NCBI GenBank assembly: GCA_951406725.2
Contig: OX597838.1
Location: forward strand, 10,912,001 to 10,976,000
Source of the DNA: Octopus vulgaris
Lineage: Eukaryota
DNA: 64,000 nt
Reading direction: 5' to 3'
The notes beneath the pieces are model-generated. The model was not told the origin of the DNA, made no database searches, and worked only from the letters and a program-made list of their open reading frames with translations. Shown piece by piece: positions 1 to 11,544 of the stretch (within the stretch, counting starts at the first letter, position 1; each line of letters opens with the position of its first letter). The position numbers and the translations under genes were made by a program.

Positions 1-364
1 AATACTCAATGGTTATTTAACAAATTTAATCTTGTCCAATGAAGACAAAAACACCAATAATTATATAACACTGGGTTTTATTTGAGAATCTTTTTTTAAA
101 TTTAAAAAAAGGAGAGAAAATGTCAAAAAAAAATTGCTGAAGGAAAAATAAAATTTCATTGTTTTATCATTGTTTTTGCTTTGCTATCGATAATTTAATT
201 TTTAAATTGACAGGATTTGTTTAATGAATAAAATTTAATTATAATAAAAAAAATCAAATTGTATAAGGCGGTTTATTGGTTATTTTTTTTAACCAGTATT
301 TAATGAATGGTCTTAGGAAATTTTCAGTGAATCCTATTTAAAAAAAATAAAAAATATGTAAAAT

Positions 365-505
365 AATTCTTTCTACTATAGGTACAAGGCTTGAAGTTTC
401 TGTGGATTACATCAGCCCCTGTGCCCAACCGATATTTTATTTTATTAACCCTGAAAGGATGAAAGGCAAAGTCAACCTTGGCAACATTTGAACTCAGAAC
501 ACAAA
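365..505 (-). mobile_element. Degenerate SINE family A copy (old ...GTAGAAAG(ATT)n tail)
   Basis: Reverse complement matches family A body (gttcaaat, gactttgcctttcatcctttc); CpGs decayed. Confidence 0.7.
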
Positions 506-539
506 GCGATGATAACTATGGCACTCTTCTATTTATTTC

Positions 540-540
<1 letters not shown>

Positions 541-594
<54 letters not shown>
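541..594. repeat. (AAT)n microsatellite
   Basis: Pure TAA run. Confidence 0.95.
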
Positions 595-595
<1 letters not shown>

Positions 596-635
596 GATTT
601 AAAAAAAAAAATGAATGAACTAGTGAGTTTAGTTT

Positions 636-735
636 AATGGCCCTACCAATGTATACTATGAGTTTCTTTGCCCTAGGAGTCGGGAAGACACTCGGCAAGA
701 AATGGAAGGAAATTTGAAAGAAGAAGAAAAAAAGA
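636..735 (+). mobile_element. Short dispersed repeat, probable 3' end of an R4/Dong-like LINE
   Basis: gagtttct..gccc.agg.gtc...gaagacactcggcaagaaat recurs at about 23530-23610; both copies are followed by AAT/ATT repeats; family assignment is inference. Confidence 0.4.
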
Positions 736-758
736 TAACAATAATAATAATAATAATA

Positions 759-790
<32 letters not shown>

Positions 791-849
791 GGTGATGATG
801 ATTACTAACAAATGGTTACTACCTGAAAAGCTAATGAGGCTGTAGTGAT

Positions 850-1290
850 CCATAGCTCGATCTGTAGAAAAGGCATTGGTAGAAACTCTATAAGATGTAC
901 CCAGTGTAAGCTATGGACACTTAAGAAGTGCAGCAATATCAAAGGAAGGCTAACTGGGAGGATAGCTTTTGTATGTGGCAGATACTCAAGAGCAATAAAC
1001 ACTGAAAATATGCAGAGAACAACTTCTGCCACATTCCAGGGAGGAAAACTAGAAGTAGTTGATAGCTTCCGTTACCTAGGAGACCAAGTCAGTAGCAGGG
1101 GTGGGTGAGGGTGCGCTGAAAGTGTAGCTGCTAGAATAAGAATAGCCTGGGCAAAGTTCAGAGAGCTCCTACCTCTGCTGGTGACAAAGGGCCTCTCGCT
1201 CAGAGTAAAAGGTAGATTATATGACTCATGTGTACGAACAGCCATGCTACATGGCAGTGAAACATGGGCCGTGACTGCTGAGGACATGCG
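850..1290 (+). pseudogene. RTE-clade LINE RT fragment with PHD-like Cys cluster, frameshifted
   Basis: SICRKGIGRNSIRCTQCKLW..KKCS..FVCGR, LEVVDSFRYLGD, then after a frameshift RIRIAWAKFRELLPLL..RVKGRLYDSCVRTAMLHGSETW. Confidence 0.9.
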
Positions 1291-1650
1291 TTTAACGTCT
1301 GCTTTCCATGCTACCATGGGTTGGACGATTTGACTGAGGACAGGCGAACCAGATGGCTGCACCAGGCTCCAATCTGATCTGGCAGAGTTTCTACAGCTGG
1401 ATGCCCTTCCTAATGCCAACCACTCCGAGAGTGTAGTCGGTGCTTTTTACATGCCACCGGCATGAGGGCCAGTCAGGTGGTACTGGCAATGGCCACGCTC
1501 AAGTGGTGTTTTTTATGTGCCACCTGCACAGGAGCCGATCCAGTGGCACTGAGAACAACCTCGCTCGAATGTTTTTCACGTGCCATTGGCACAAGTGCCA
1601 GTAAGGCAATGCTGGTAATGATCCCGTTTGAATGGTGCTTTTTATGTGCC
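1291..1650 (-). mobile_element. RTE-type 3' UTR/tail with internal repeats
   Basis: Reverse complement of the element at 62975-63378 (ggaagggcatccag.tgtagaaac ... ccaacccatg..agcatggaaa..gacgttaaa). Confidence 0.8.
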
Positions 1651-2050
1651 ATGCGTCGTATACAGCTGTCTTCACTCATACGCATCACATGTCCAAACCA
1701 ATGCAGTCTCCTCTTCTGCATACCACATTTAATCCCTCTTGTGCCTAACTTTTCCCTCAACACAGTTGTGCTCTGTCGGTCATGCACACTGATGTTGCAA
1801 ATCCAAACGGAGCACACTACCTTCTTTCTTCTCCGGCCAATGCATGTCCTCCACAGCCAGAGCTCATGTCTCACTACCATGTAACATAGTTGTTCCCACA
1901 CAAGCATCATACAACCTACCTTTCACTCTGAGACAGAGAGAGAGAGAGAGAGAGTCCTTTTGCTGCCATCAGCACTAGTAGTTCTCTGAACTTCCTCCAT
2001 CCTATTCTTATTCTAGAAACAATACTTTCAGAGCATCCACCACCATTACT
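1651..2050 (-). pseudogene. Second RTE-clade LINE fragment (RT C-terminus)
   Basis: GGGCSESIVSRIRIGWRKFRELL...; LREKLGTRGIKCGMQKRRLHWFGHVMRMSEDSCIRR. Confidence 0.85.
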
Positions 2051-2625
2051 ATACACACACACACACACACAAATAAACATCCATGTATAAATACCGTTAT
2101 ATACACACATTTCCTTATCTTCTCCACTCTACTAACAATTGTTTTAATAATCTCAAATGGCTCTAAATATACAGGAAGAAAACAAACCAAGCAAAAAAAC
2201 CCAAAAACAAAATACAAAATGTATATAAAATGCCTAACAAAAAATAGCATAATAGATAAAAAAAATTATGAGGGGAAAAAAAAAATCAAACTGCAAAGAA
2301 AACCATAAAAAGGAAAAAAAATATTAAGTAAAACACAAAACAAAACGTAAACTAAATGAAAACATTAACAGATCAATAACAACAGGAACAAGATTGAAAA
2401 ACAGCAAAAAACCAGCTAAATTACAGCCATAACAGTATGTCTCGTAGAATCAAGAAAGAAATCAAGGTCTTAGAATTTAGAGGAAATCAATTCCAGATTC
2501 TTTCTCTCCAGCTGTTTAAGAAACGGCAAATGAAAAAGAAGCATGTTACTGCTTTTATTTGTTGTTGTTGTTGCTGCTGCTGTTGTTTTGTTGTCGTGGT
2601 GTTGTAGTGAGTAAACATTATGAAT

Positions 2626-3189
2626 CGGCGAGCTGGCAGAAATGTTAGCACGCCGGGCGAAATGCGTAGCCATATTTCGTCTGCCGTTACGTTCTGAGCT
2701 CAAATTCCGCCAAGGTCGACTTTGCCTTTCATCCTTTCGGGGTCGATAAATTAAGTACCAGTTACGCACTGGGGTCGATGTAATCGACTTAATACCTATG
2801 TCTGTCCTTGTTTGTCCCCTCTGTGTTTAGCCCCTTGTGGGTAGTAAAGAAATAGGTATTTCGTCTGCCGTTACGTTCTGAATTCAAATTCGGCCAAGGT
2901 CGACTTTGCCTTTCATCCTTTCGGGGTCGATAAATTAAGTACCAGTTACGCACTGGGGTCGATGTAATCGACTTAATACCTATGTCTGTCCTTGTTTGTC
3001 CCCTCTGTGGGTAGTAAAGAAATAGGTATTTCGTCTGCCGTTACGTTCTGAGTTCAAATTCCGCCGAGGTCGACTTTGCCTTTCATCCTTTCGGGGGTCG
3101 ATAAATTAAGTACCAGTTACGCACTGGGGTCGATATTTGTCCTTGTTTGTCCCCTCTGTGTTTAGCCCCTTGTGGGTAGTAAAGAAATA
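2626..3189 (+). mobile_element. SINE family A, head plus three tandem units
   Basis: tRNA-like head (box A-like tggcagaaa, box B g(a)gttcaaattc); units rejoin at aaagaaata|ggtatttcgtctgccg; flanking duplication attatgaatcg. Confidence 0.9.
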
Positions 3190-3219
3190 ATTATGAATCG
3201 CTTCTGTTTTAATTTCATT

Positions 3220-3420
3220 CATGTGGAGGCAATCTGCAGGCCAGACGAGGCCTTGTGGTAGCTCCTCACTGGCACCAGGTGGGCTGGACACGATTAAGGG
3301 AGATCTCCAGAGGCTGGACATCACTTGGAGGATGCAAAGCAGATGGCAAGAGGACACTGATGGTCAACAATGGGAAAGCACAGGTGAACCTGACTGGCTC
3401 TACATGTGGGGACCACTAAC
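3220..3420 (+). mobile_element. Degenerate LINE (RTE-like) C-terminal remnant
   Basis: RPCG...LDTIKGDLQRLDIT resembles the RTE RPRGRP..W.D.IK.DL end. Confidence 0.4.
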
Positions 3421-3637
3421 CTGGGATATTATTATAATAATAATGAAATTATTGTATACAGTGCTCAGGTGCACTACAACAAAAGACAAAGTCGACGTCA
3501 GCGGAATTTGAACTTGGAAGGTAGCGATGGACGAAATACCGCCTAGCGTTTTGCCCAGCGTGCTAACGATTCTGCCAGCTCGCCGACTTAATCCCAGCCC
3601 CATCAAGCAAAAGCACAAAGCAAGCAAACAAGCATGT

Positions 3638-3957
3638 AAAGGAATGTGGCCAAGTGTTTATGGTATCTGGCTCATGACCAGAAGGTCATGAGTTCAATAC
3701 CTGGTGGTGGTGTGTTGTGTCCTTGAGCAAGACACTTTATTTCACGTTGCTCCAGTCCACTCAGCTGACAAAAACCTGTAATTCAAAAGAGTCAGCCTAG
3801 TCCAATTCAGAGTCATGTTGAATCTCCTCCCTGAAAACTACATTAATGGTACATGTGTCTGTGGAGTACTCAGCCACTTGTATATTAATTTCACAAGCAG
3901 GCTATTCTCTTGACCAGATCACCTGGAACCCTCACTGACATAACCAACAGAGTGTCA
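3638..3957 (+). mobile_element. SINE family C (tRNA head, gtccttgagcaagacact core), CpG-depleted
   Basis: Shares its 3' body with 29262-29645, 32880-33170 and 52218-52610. Confidence 0.8.
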
Positions 3958-4239
3958 TTCATGCCTCAGATATACTATGAGATTCCCAGCTACAGCCTTC
4001 CACCCTCATATAATGTGGGGTAGCCATGTACCTCCTCTGTAGCAAGACACCTCTGTCCCTCCCTCAATCACACTTTAGCCTTTCAACACCTCCCTTCGTC
4101 GAATTCTCCCACCCAACTTAACCAGGGGAGATTTTCCCCTCTGTTTTTTTTTCTGACACTGAGCTCACTGGGTCCTGTCAAACCATCCAACCCATATCCG
4201 CATGGAACATGGATGTTAAATGATGATGATGATGATAAT

Positions 4240-4661
4240 ACTCTTTACTCTCTTTACTCTTTTACTTGTTTCAGTCATTTGACTGCGGCCATGCTGGAAC
4301 ACCGCCTTTAATCGAGCAACTCGACCCCGGGACTTATTCTTTTTGTCAGCCCAGTACTTATTCTATCGGTCTCTTTTTGCCGAACTGCTAAGTGACGGGG
4401 ACGTAAACACACCAGCATCGGTCGTCAGGCAATGCTAGGGGAACAAACACAGACACACAAACACACACAAATACATATATATATATATACATATATACGA
4501 CGGGCTTCTTTCAGTTTCCGTCTACCAAATCCACTCACAAGGCATTGGTCAGCCCGGGGCTATAGCAGAAGACACTTGCCCAAGATGCCACGCAGTGGGA
4601 CTGAACCCGGAACCATGAGGTAGGTTAGCAAGCTACTTACCACACAGCCACTCCTGCGCCT
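4240..4661 (-). mobile_element. SINE family B (tRNA head, ttgggcaagtgtctt core, internal TA/TG run)
   Basis: Near-identical to copies at 21090, 30730, 48085, 53482 and 56098; gtaaaagag-repeat tail. Confidence 0.9.
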
Positions 4662-4680
4662 TACTGATGACTTTCTTTAA

Positions 4681-4901
4681 CCCTTTAGTATTCAGATTAT
4701 TTTGTCAAGTGTAATGCTTATTTATTGATGTTGACTTAAATAACTCATGCATTATCTTGTAGCTTTGAGATTTTGATGATGTTATTGTTTATTTTTAGCA
4801 TGGCATTGTAGGATTAATGTAAGAGGCTGGATCCAGTCAGTTTGAATGTAAAACAGGTAGAATATTTTGGGCCGGATATGGCTGGTTTAAATGCCAAAGG
4901 G
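4681..4901. mobile_element. piggyBac-like MITE
   Basis: TTAA|CCCTTTAG...AAAGGG|TTAC; same body at 10438 and 11545. Confidence 0.7.
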
Positions 4902-4914
4902 TTACGGGTCAGAT

Positions 4915-5145
4915 AAAGATCCTCTTTGGAGTAAAAGACTAGCAAATTTGTTTATGGAAGACCAGCAGTTGCTCATTCGTACCAGCTTCCCCTCTGTATG
5001 GGACTGTTGTTATCCAAGGGAAAGGCTGGTACAGTTTGGCACCAGTGACGTCACAACTCATTTCTGCAGTTGAGTGAACTGGAGCTGAGTGAAATGAAGA
5101 GTCATGCTCAAGGACCTAACACTCTAACTACTGAGCCGTGAACCT
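4915..5145 (-). mobile_element. SINE family D copy
   Basis: Reverse complement of 28945-29248 (gaaatgagttgtga.gtca.tggtgccaa, tggtcttccataaacaa). Confidence 0.6.
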
Positions 5146-5435
5146 TCCTTAAGGGTCATTATTTATATTTAATGAAGTTGATTGAATGAAATGATTGGTT
5201 CCAGTTTGAAATACAGTTTGGCAGTGTCATACAAGTAAATTGTGATACTTGGAGAGGAAGAAAAGATGAGGTGGTGCTGTGATGTTCATGCCTTTCTCTA
5301 GCAATGTTTGCTAGGTTGTTGAAGCAGAAATCCAACTGAAAACCCGAAAGCCAAATTCACACATACATAATGTGCACACTCCTATACTTATATAACATGT
5401 ATACGCATAAATGAATAATGAATGTCAAGTGATTA

Positions 5436-5439
<4 letters not shown>

Positions 5440-5504
<65 letters not shown>

Positions 5505-5773
5505 CAGAGAATGAGGGGAGAGAGAGATAGATAGATAGATAGAGATAGAGAAAGACAGGGGCAGAGAATGAGGGGAAAGAGAGAAATAGATAGGGATAGC
5601 ATAAGGGATAGATTGAGAGAAAGTGGGGGAAAAGACAGAATGAGGGGAGAGAAAGATAGAGAATATAAGGGAAAAGAGATAGATAGATAAATAGAGAGAG
5701 AGACAATGAGGGAAAGAGACCAGATCAAGGCAAGGGGAGAGAAAGATAGAGAAAGAGGCAGAATATGACGGAA

Positions 5774-5838
<65 letters not shown>

Positions 5839-5950
5839 TAGATAGATAGATAGAGGAAAGAGAGAGAGAGAGAGAGAGAAGAGAGAGATAGTAAGGGAAA
5901 GAGACAAATTAAGATTGAGGGAAGAGAGGAAGAGAGAGAAGAAGAGAGAA
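5440..5950. repeat. Compound (GA)n/(GATA)n/(TA)n microsatellite
   Basis: Direct reading. Confidence 0.9.
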
Positions 5951-6552
5951 AAATGTGTTTTGGTCTTTGTCTTACTTGTTTGGGAACTCAGCTGTTGTTG
6001 TTGTTGTCATTAATGCAATTGATTTGTCGGTATGTAAATAAATTTAATTACCCATGTCAATATTTAATAGCAGCAGACCTGTCTTCTCTTGCTCTCCTCC
6101 ATCAAGACTACTCTTTTTAATATATGAGCTAATTAGTTTACACTCTAGTTAAGTACATCAAACTACTTACTCTCCATGTGATCAAGTCCATTTTTGTTAC
6201 CGCTGCTGCTGTTGTTGGTGTTGTTGTTGTCTAGGTCCTTAAGCTAGGGTAATATACTTATTAATGTAAACCATTAATCTACTAGTAACTAGATTTACTG
6301 GAGTTGCAGTTGAGTCACTTAAGTAGACTAAATATATGTTAGTCAGCTGGTACAAGAAGACTGACAGCTATGTTCATGTAAGAAAGAATTTCACTTCACG
6401 ATCACAGGATTCTGAAGAAATTGGTTCCATTGTCTGACACTGTCTTGAATTAACCCAAACCTTCTGAGTGGGAATTTGGCAGCTGGAAACTGTACAGAAG
6501 CTTACGGTATATGTATGTATATTAACGTGTTTGTGATGTGTATGTACCTATA

Positions 6553-6775
6553 TGACAGGGGTTGCTGAAAAGATCCTGGAATTAAGGGTATTTTGAAAAG
6601 CTTGGTTGGAGACCCATCTTTCTGAGTTCGTTTATACAGGACTTAGAAAAATTGAAGGGCCACTGCAATAAGTTTGTGAATCTGAGATGGGAATATGTTG
6701 ATTAAGATCATAATTAACTGATCCTCCTGTATTTCTTTTTACTCAAAGCCTGCAAGTTTTCAGCCCCCCCTCATG
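6553..6775 (+). mobile_element. Internally deleted mariner MITE, copy 1
   Basis: TIR-like ends g.tgctgaaaag../..ttttcagcccccc; retains transposase C-terminus (..CNKFVNLRWEYVD). Confidence 0.75.
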
Positions 6776-7099
6776 TAACTGTATGTATGTATATATATAT
6801 ATATATAATATAAAACTTTACATATATAAATATAAATAACGTGAAATACACGAAGGGACGAACATGAAAAACAGACAGGTCATTCAAAGCCTTCATTCTT
6901 CAGTCAGAAACTGATTCATCATTGCAAATTTTGGCTGTTTAATTCTGAGATCTGCTCTGAATCAGCCAGCCCCAAGGAGAACTAAGCCGTGGGCATTAGA
7001 TCGCTTGGTAGAAGGAAAGAATGCAAATGCAACAGAGACGAACATGAAACGAAAAAAAACTTTTTTGAAGACAGTAACGGTGAAATATATATATATATT

Positions 7100-7358
7100 C
7101 CGAAAAGCTCTATCTGCGACGATTTCATCTCAATTGAAGGAGAGGGGCTTTCTCCGTCCGGGTTGCGGATCCGTGGAATAAGCTGCCAGATGAGATTGTG
7201 AAGATGCCAACGACCGCTTGGTTCAAAGTCTCCCTTGACCTCAAGTAGCCTGAACTCTTTACATGAACACCACCCTGTACATAACTCCATGTCCCCCTAC
7301 ATGGCCTTGCTTTTTGCTTTTTGCCAAAAAATTAACTAACTAACTAACTAACTAACTA

Positions 7359-7360
<2 letters not shown>
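7100..7360 (+). mobile_element. CR1-clade LINE 3' end with (TAAC)n tail
   Basis: RRGAFSVRVADPWNKLPDEIVKMPTTAWFKVSLD matches the CR1 FFS.RV...WN.LP...V......FK..LD motif. Confidence 0.85.
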
Positions 7361-7393
<33 letters not shown>

Positions 7394-7396
7394 AAA

Positions 7397-7615
7397 GAGA
7401 GGGTGCTGAAAAGTTCCTGGCTTTAAGGGTATTGCAAAAGGCCTGGTCAGAGGCCCAGCCTTCCAAGTTCTTTTATACAGGGCTTAGAAAAACTGGAGGA
7501 CCACTGCAATAAGCATGTGAATTTGAGAGGGAATATGTTGAATAAAATCATAATTAACTGATCCTCCTGTATTTTCTTTTACTCAAAGCCAGGAACTTTC
7601 CAGTGCTCCATTGTA
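7397..7615 (+). mobile_element. Mariner MITE, copy 2
   Basis: gtgctgaaaagttcctggcttt ... aaagccaggaacttt inverted termini; ..VNLRGEYVE-like end. Confidence 0.8.
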
Positions 7616-8199
7616 CATAAAAACAGTTAAACATCACAAGATCACTTAATATATTAAACTTTCACTTATTTCAGCCATTGGACTGTGGCCAAGCTAGGGC
7701 ACTGATTTCACTGATTTCAAGTCAAATAAATCGACTCCAGTAGTAATTTTGTAAGACTGGTACTTATTCTATCAGCTTCTTTTGCTGAACAGCTAAGTTG
7801 CAGGGATGTAAACAAGGCAACACCAGCAGTCAAGTGGTAATGTAGAACACATACACACACACACACACACAAACATAGATGAAAAGTTTCTTTTCAGTTT
7901 CTGCCTACCAAATCCACTCACAAGGCTTTGGTTGGCCTGGGGCTATAGTAGAGCACTAGAAATGTAACGTGGGTGCTGAGATGTAAAAGTGTGGAAACCT
8001 CTGGGTTAGATGAATACATATTTTTGGTGCATTGTTCTACAACCAAATGACCTTCTTATTAGCTAACCCTTAAGCAAAGGATTTTGTTCTTTATTCCTTA
8101 AGTCTTTCAAAGTGCAGAGTTGAAGGTTGATTTGTTGGCAAGGAATAACAATGAACTTCTCCATACTTCACATTCAGCACTTTCTTTTATATGCAAAGT

Positions 8200-8316
8200 G
8201 CAAGATGCAAGCATTCAAAACACATATGCACACACACACACGTGCATGCACATACGGAATGCAAACATTTACAGATTTATATACATACTGCAGAATGTAA
8301 ACATTCACACACATGC

Positions 8317-8348
<32 letters not shown>

Positions 8349-8735
8349 GTGCATACACACATACACACTCACATCTATACGAACACATACATACTTCAGA
8401 ATGCAAACGTTCACACACACACATACTTCAGAGTGCAAACATTCACACACACATACACCATAGAATTTAAACATTTACACACACACACACTGAAAAGCGT
8501 AAACATTCATACATACAAGTACCATAGAATGTAAACGTTTACACACACATACTTCAGAGTGCAAATATCCACACACACATACATCATAAAATGTAAACAT
8601 TTACACACACTGCAGAATGCAAACATTCACACACATACTGCTGAATGTAAACATTTATTCACACACATACACACACCCCATAGAATTTATACAGTTACAC
8701 ATACACACTGCAGAATGTAAGCATTCACACCCACA
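8200..8735. repeat. Minisatellite, ~28-32 bp unit cagaatgtaaacatt(ca)n
   Basis: Many degenerate units read directly. Confidence 0.85.
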
Positions 8736-8998
8736 CACGTGACAGGTGGGAAGAAGAGAGGCAGTTTTCACAGATCAAAGACATTTGGTTTTTGTCCATT
8801 ACCATCTTGCCTCCCGAGACTCTTGGAGCCAAGTAACTCAGTTTCCATGGCGCATAAATAACTGACATCATGACACACCCCACAAACAGGACACCAGTCG
8901 GTCACATGGGCTACTCAATCACAACTGAGGGAACTGGAACAACGTGAAATGAAGTGTTTTGTTCAAGAACACATGCACTGCCTAGTATGAGAACCAAA

Positions 8999-9230
8999 GG
9001 CGGCGGAGCTGGCAGAAGCATAAGCACACCGGGCGAAATGCTTAGCGGTAGTTCGTCTGCCGTTACGTTGTGAGTTCAAATTCCGCCGAGGTCGACTTTG
9101 CCTTTCATCCTTTCGGGGTCAATAAATTAAGCACCAGTTACGCACTGGGGTTGATGTAATCGACTTAATACCTATGTCTGTCCTTGTTTGTCCCCTCTAT
9201 CTTTAGCCCCTTGTGGGTAATAAAGAAATT
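8999..9230 (+). mobile_element. SINE family A monomer with TSD
   Basis: TSD gtatgagaaccaaa (8985-8998) / gtatgaaaaccaaa (9232-9245). Confidence 0.9.
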
Positions 9231-9471
9231 GGTATGAAAACCAAAATTGTAATTTTGCAATCATGGGTGCAACACCCAAACCATTAGGCCATGCACCTTG
9301 ATCCAAATATTTACAAGAAAGGCTTGTGCTAAAAAAAGGTACCCATGAACCAGCTTTGGTTGGCTTAGGGCTGTAGTAGAAGGTCTTGTCTGTGATACCA
9401 CACAGTGGGACTGAACCTGAAACCACAGAGTTGGGAAGTAAACTTCACAGCATGCAACCCTACCAATGAAA

Positions 9472-9703
9472 GTTAGTTAGTTAGTTAGTTAATTTTTTAG
9501 CTCAAAAAGCAAAAAGCAAGGCCATGTAGGGGGACATGGAGTTATGTACAGGGTGGTGTTCATGTAAAGAGTTCAGGCCACTTGAGGTCAAGGGAGACTT
9601 TGAACCGAGCGGTCGTCAGCATCTTCACCATCTCGTCTGGCAGCTTATTCCACGGATCCGCAACCCGGACGGAGAATGCCCCTCTCCTTCGATTGAGATG
9701 AAA
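9472..9703 (-). mobile_element. CR1 3' end, second copy, inverted relative to 7100-7360
   Basis: Near-identical reverse complement including the (TAAC)n tail. Confidence 0.85.
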
Positions 9704-10387
9704 GTAAATGGATAGCAGGTTTAAATTTAGGTCTTGTTTCCAAACTGTCCCATTTATAGATGCAAATGAACAATCATTTTAAAATTAAAAGAAAATAAAA
9801 TATCTGAAATCTGAAACACTTCAGGCCTCAAGCACTTCAGATAACGGAATAAAACTGTCTCTCATTGTGCTGGACATTGATATGTCTGTTGGACTTTCTA
9901 CCCAAATTTCTCATCATGCTCCTCTGTCAGAAAATGATTTAAATAGTTAATTTATATTATCACATGATCTTTCAACTGACTCGTGCTCTCTTTGGTTAGC
10001 TATCTCACAATCTTAATCAGATCGATAGTCAGTCAATTAGATGGCTTATAATCTCGTTAGGTCCTCCAACTCATTAAATAACAATGACATTTGAAAATTT
10101 GAAGATTATTTTCACATTATGTAAAATATATTGTAAATCAATTTTACTTTTTCGATTTCTTTCATATATTGTTAACCCGTCTCACCTCATTCGGAAAATG
10201 TTTTGTTGCAACATCAGCAATAACCACATTTTTTCATTCCAAGCATGACATGAACTTTCATCATCCCATATCAAAATGACGCAAGCAAAACATTCACTTT
10301 CCGAAAGCTTTATATTGTGTCAAAGTTTGGAAGTGTCCTAGTTTTGGGAATATTCAAACTGGTCACTAAGAGGTACTGGACTTTTCA

Positions 10388-10418
<31 letters not shown>

Positions 10419-10437
10419 TTGGTGCATGTAGGCTTAA

Positions 10438-10661
10438 CCCTTTAGTGTTCGCATTATTCTGCCAAAATTAATGCTTTTTTTTATACACATTGTTTTGAAC
10501 TAATCATGCATTTTCTTGTAGCTATGAGATTTTGATGAGGTAGCTGTTAATTTTTAAAAACGATATTGTAGGGTTGGTGTGAGAGACCAGATCTGGCCAG
10601 TTTGAACATAAAACAGGCAGAATACTTTTGGCCGGATATGGCCGGTTTAAATGCTAAAGGG
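10438..10661. mobile_element. piggyBac-like MITE
   Basis: TTAA|CCCTTTAG ... CTAAAGGG|TTAA. Confidence 0.8.
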
Positions 10662-10782
10662 TTAATGACCACTTCATCAGATTTGCAGGGATCAAGCAGA
10701 ATTCACTGAGACACATTTTTCTACAGCTGGATGCCTTTGTGTCACCAACCCTCACCTGTTTCCAAGCAAGGTAAACACACAC

Positions 10783-10882
10783 ACAAGAATGTGGTTGGCA
10801 GTGACTTTGGAGATTTAGCCAGATAAGCCATCATTGGGCAGTCTGGCCAAAACTTCAAAGTCACTATCAACAATATTCTTGT
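10783..10882. other. Imperfect 42-bp-arm hairpin
   Basis: acaagaatgtggttggcagtgactttggagatttagccagat / gtctggccaaaacttcaaagtcactatcaacaatattcttgt with a 16-nt loop. Confidence 0.7.
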
Positions 10883-11094
10883 TTAAGAATAATAAATTTG
10901 TATTCTACAAAAGTATAAAGCAGGGGTGGGCAACCTTTTCGAGAATGCGTGTCAAAACTGACAAAATCTCTGACATAAAATTCTTCCAAGTGCCAACCAA
11001 ATTTTTTGAGAACATATTAAATTGGATAACTTAAAGAATTCAATCATCCAATCAGAAAACAAACATGCAAGCTGTTATGAGCCTATTTTAAATA

Positions 11095-11327
11095 TATTTC
11101 TTTACTACCCACAAGGGGCTAAACACAGAGGGGACAAACAAGGACAGACAAAGCGATTAAGTCGATTCCATCGACCCCCAGTGCGTAACTGGTACGTAAC
11201 TTATCGACCCCGAAAGGATGAAAGGCAAAGTCAGCCTCGGCGGAATTTGAACTCAGAACGTAACGGCAGACGAAATACGGCTACACATTTCGCCTGGCGT
11301 GCTAACGTTTCTGCCAGCTCGCCGCCT
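11095..11327 (-). mobile_element. SINE family A monomer
   Basis: Full head to Tx1-like tail on the minus strand. Confidence 0.9.
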
Positions 11328-11544
11328 AAACAAACCAAACTGTGAATATATACCTGCTACAATTGCAATATCAAAACTACAAGACATTTAAAATACCAAT
11401 TCAAGGAAGACAAGAGCAACAAGATGAACCCCGCTGCATTAAAAGCTTCTTTTATTTCTAAGATAATTATTAACCTTCAGTTCTCAGATCAACTGCAAAT
11501 ACTTAGAGCAGGAAAAAGGAATAAACAGTAAGAAATTGTCTTAA

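Noticed and set aside
6870-6910. Minus-strand CTGAAGA...GAAT-gacct-GTC in a TA-flanked insert
   Set aside because: Core and stems too degenerate to support a hammerhead call.
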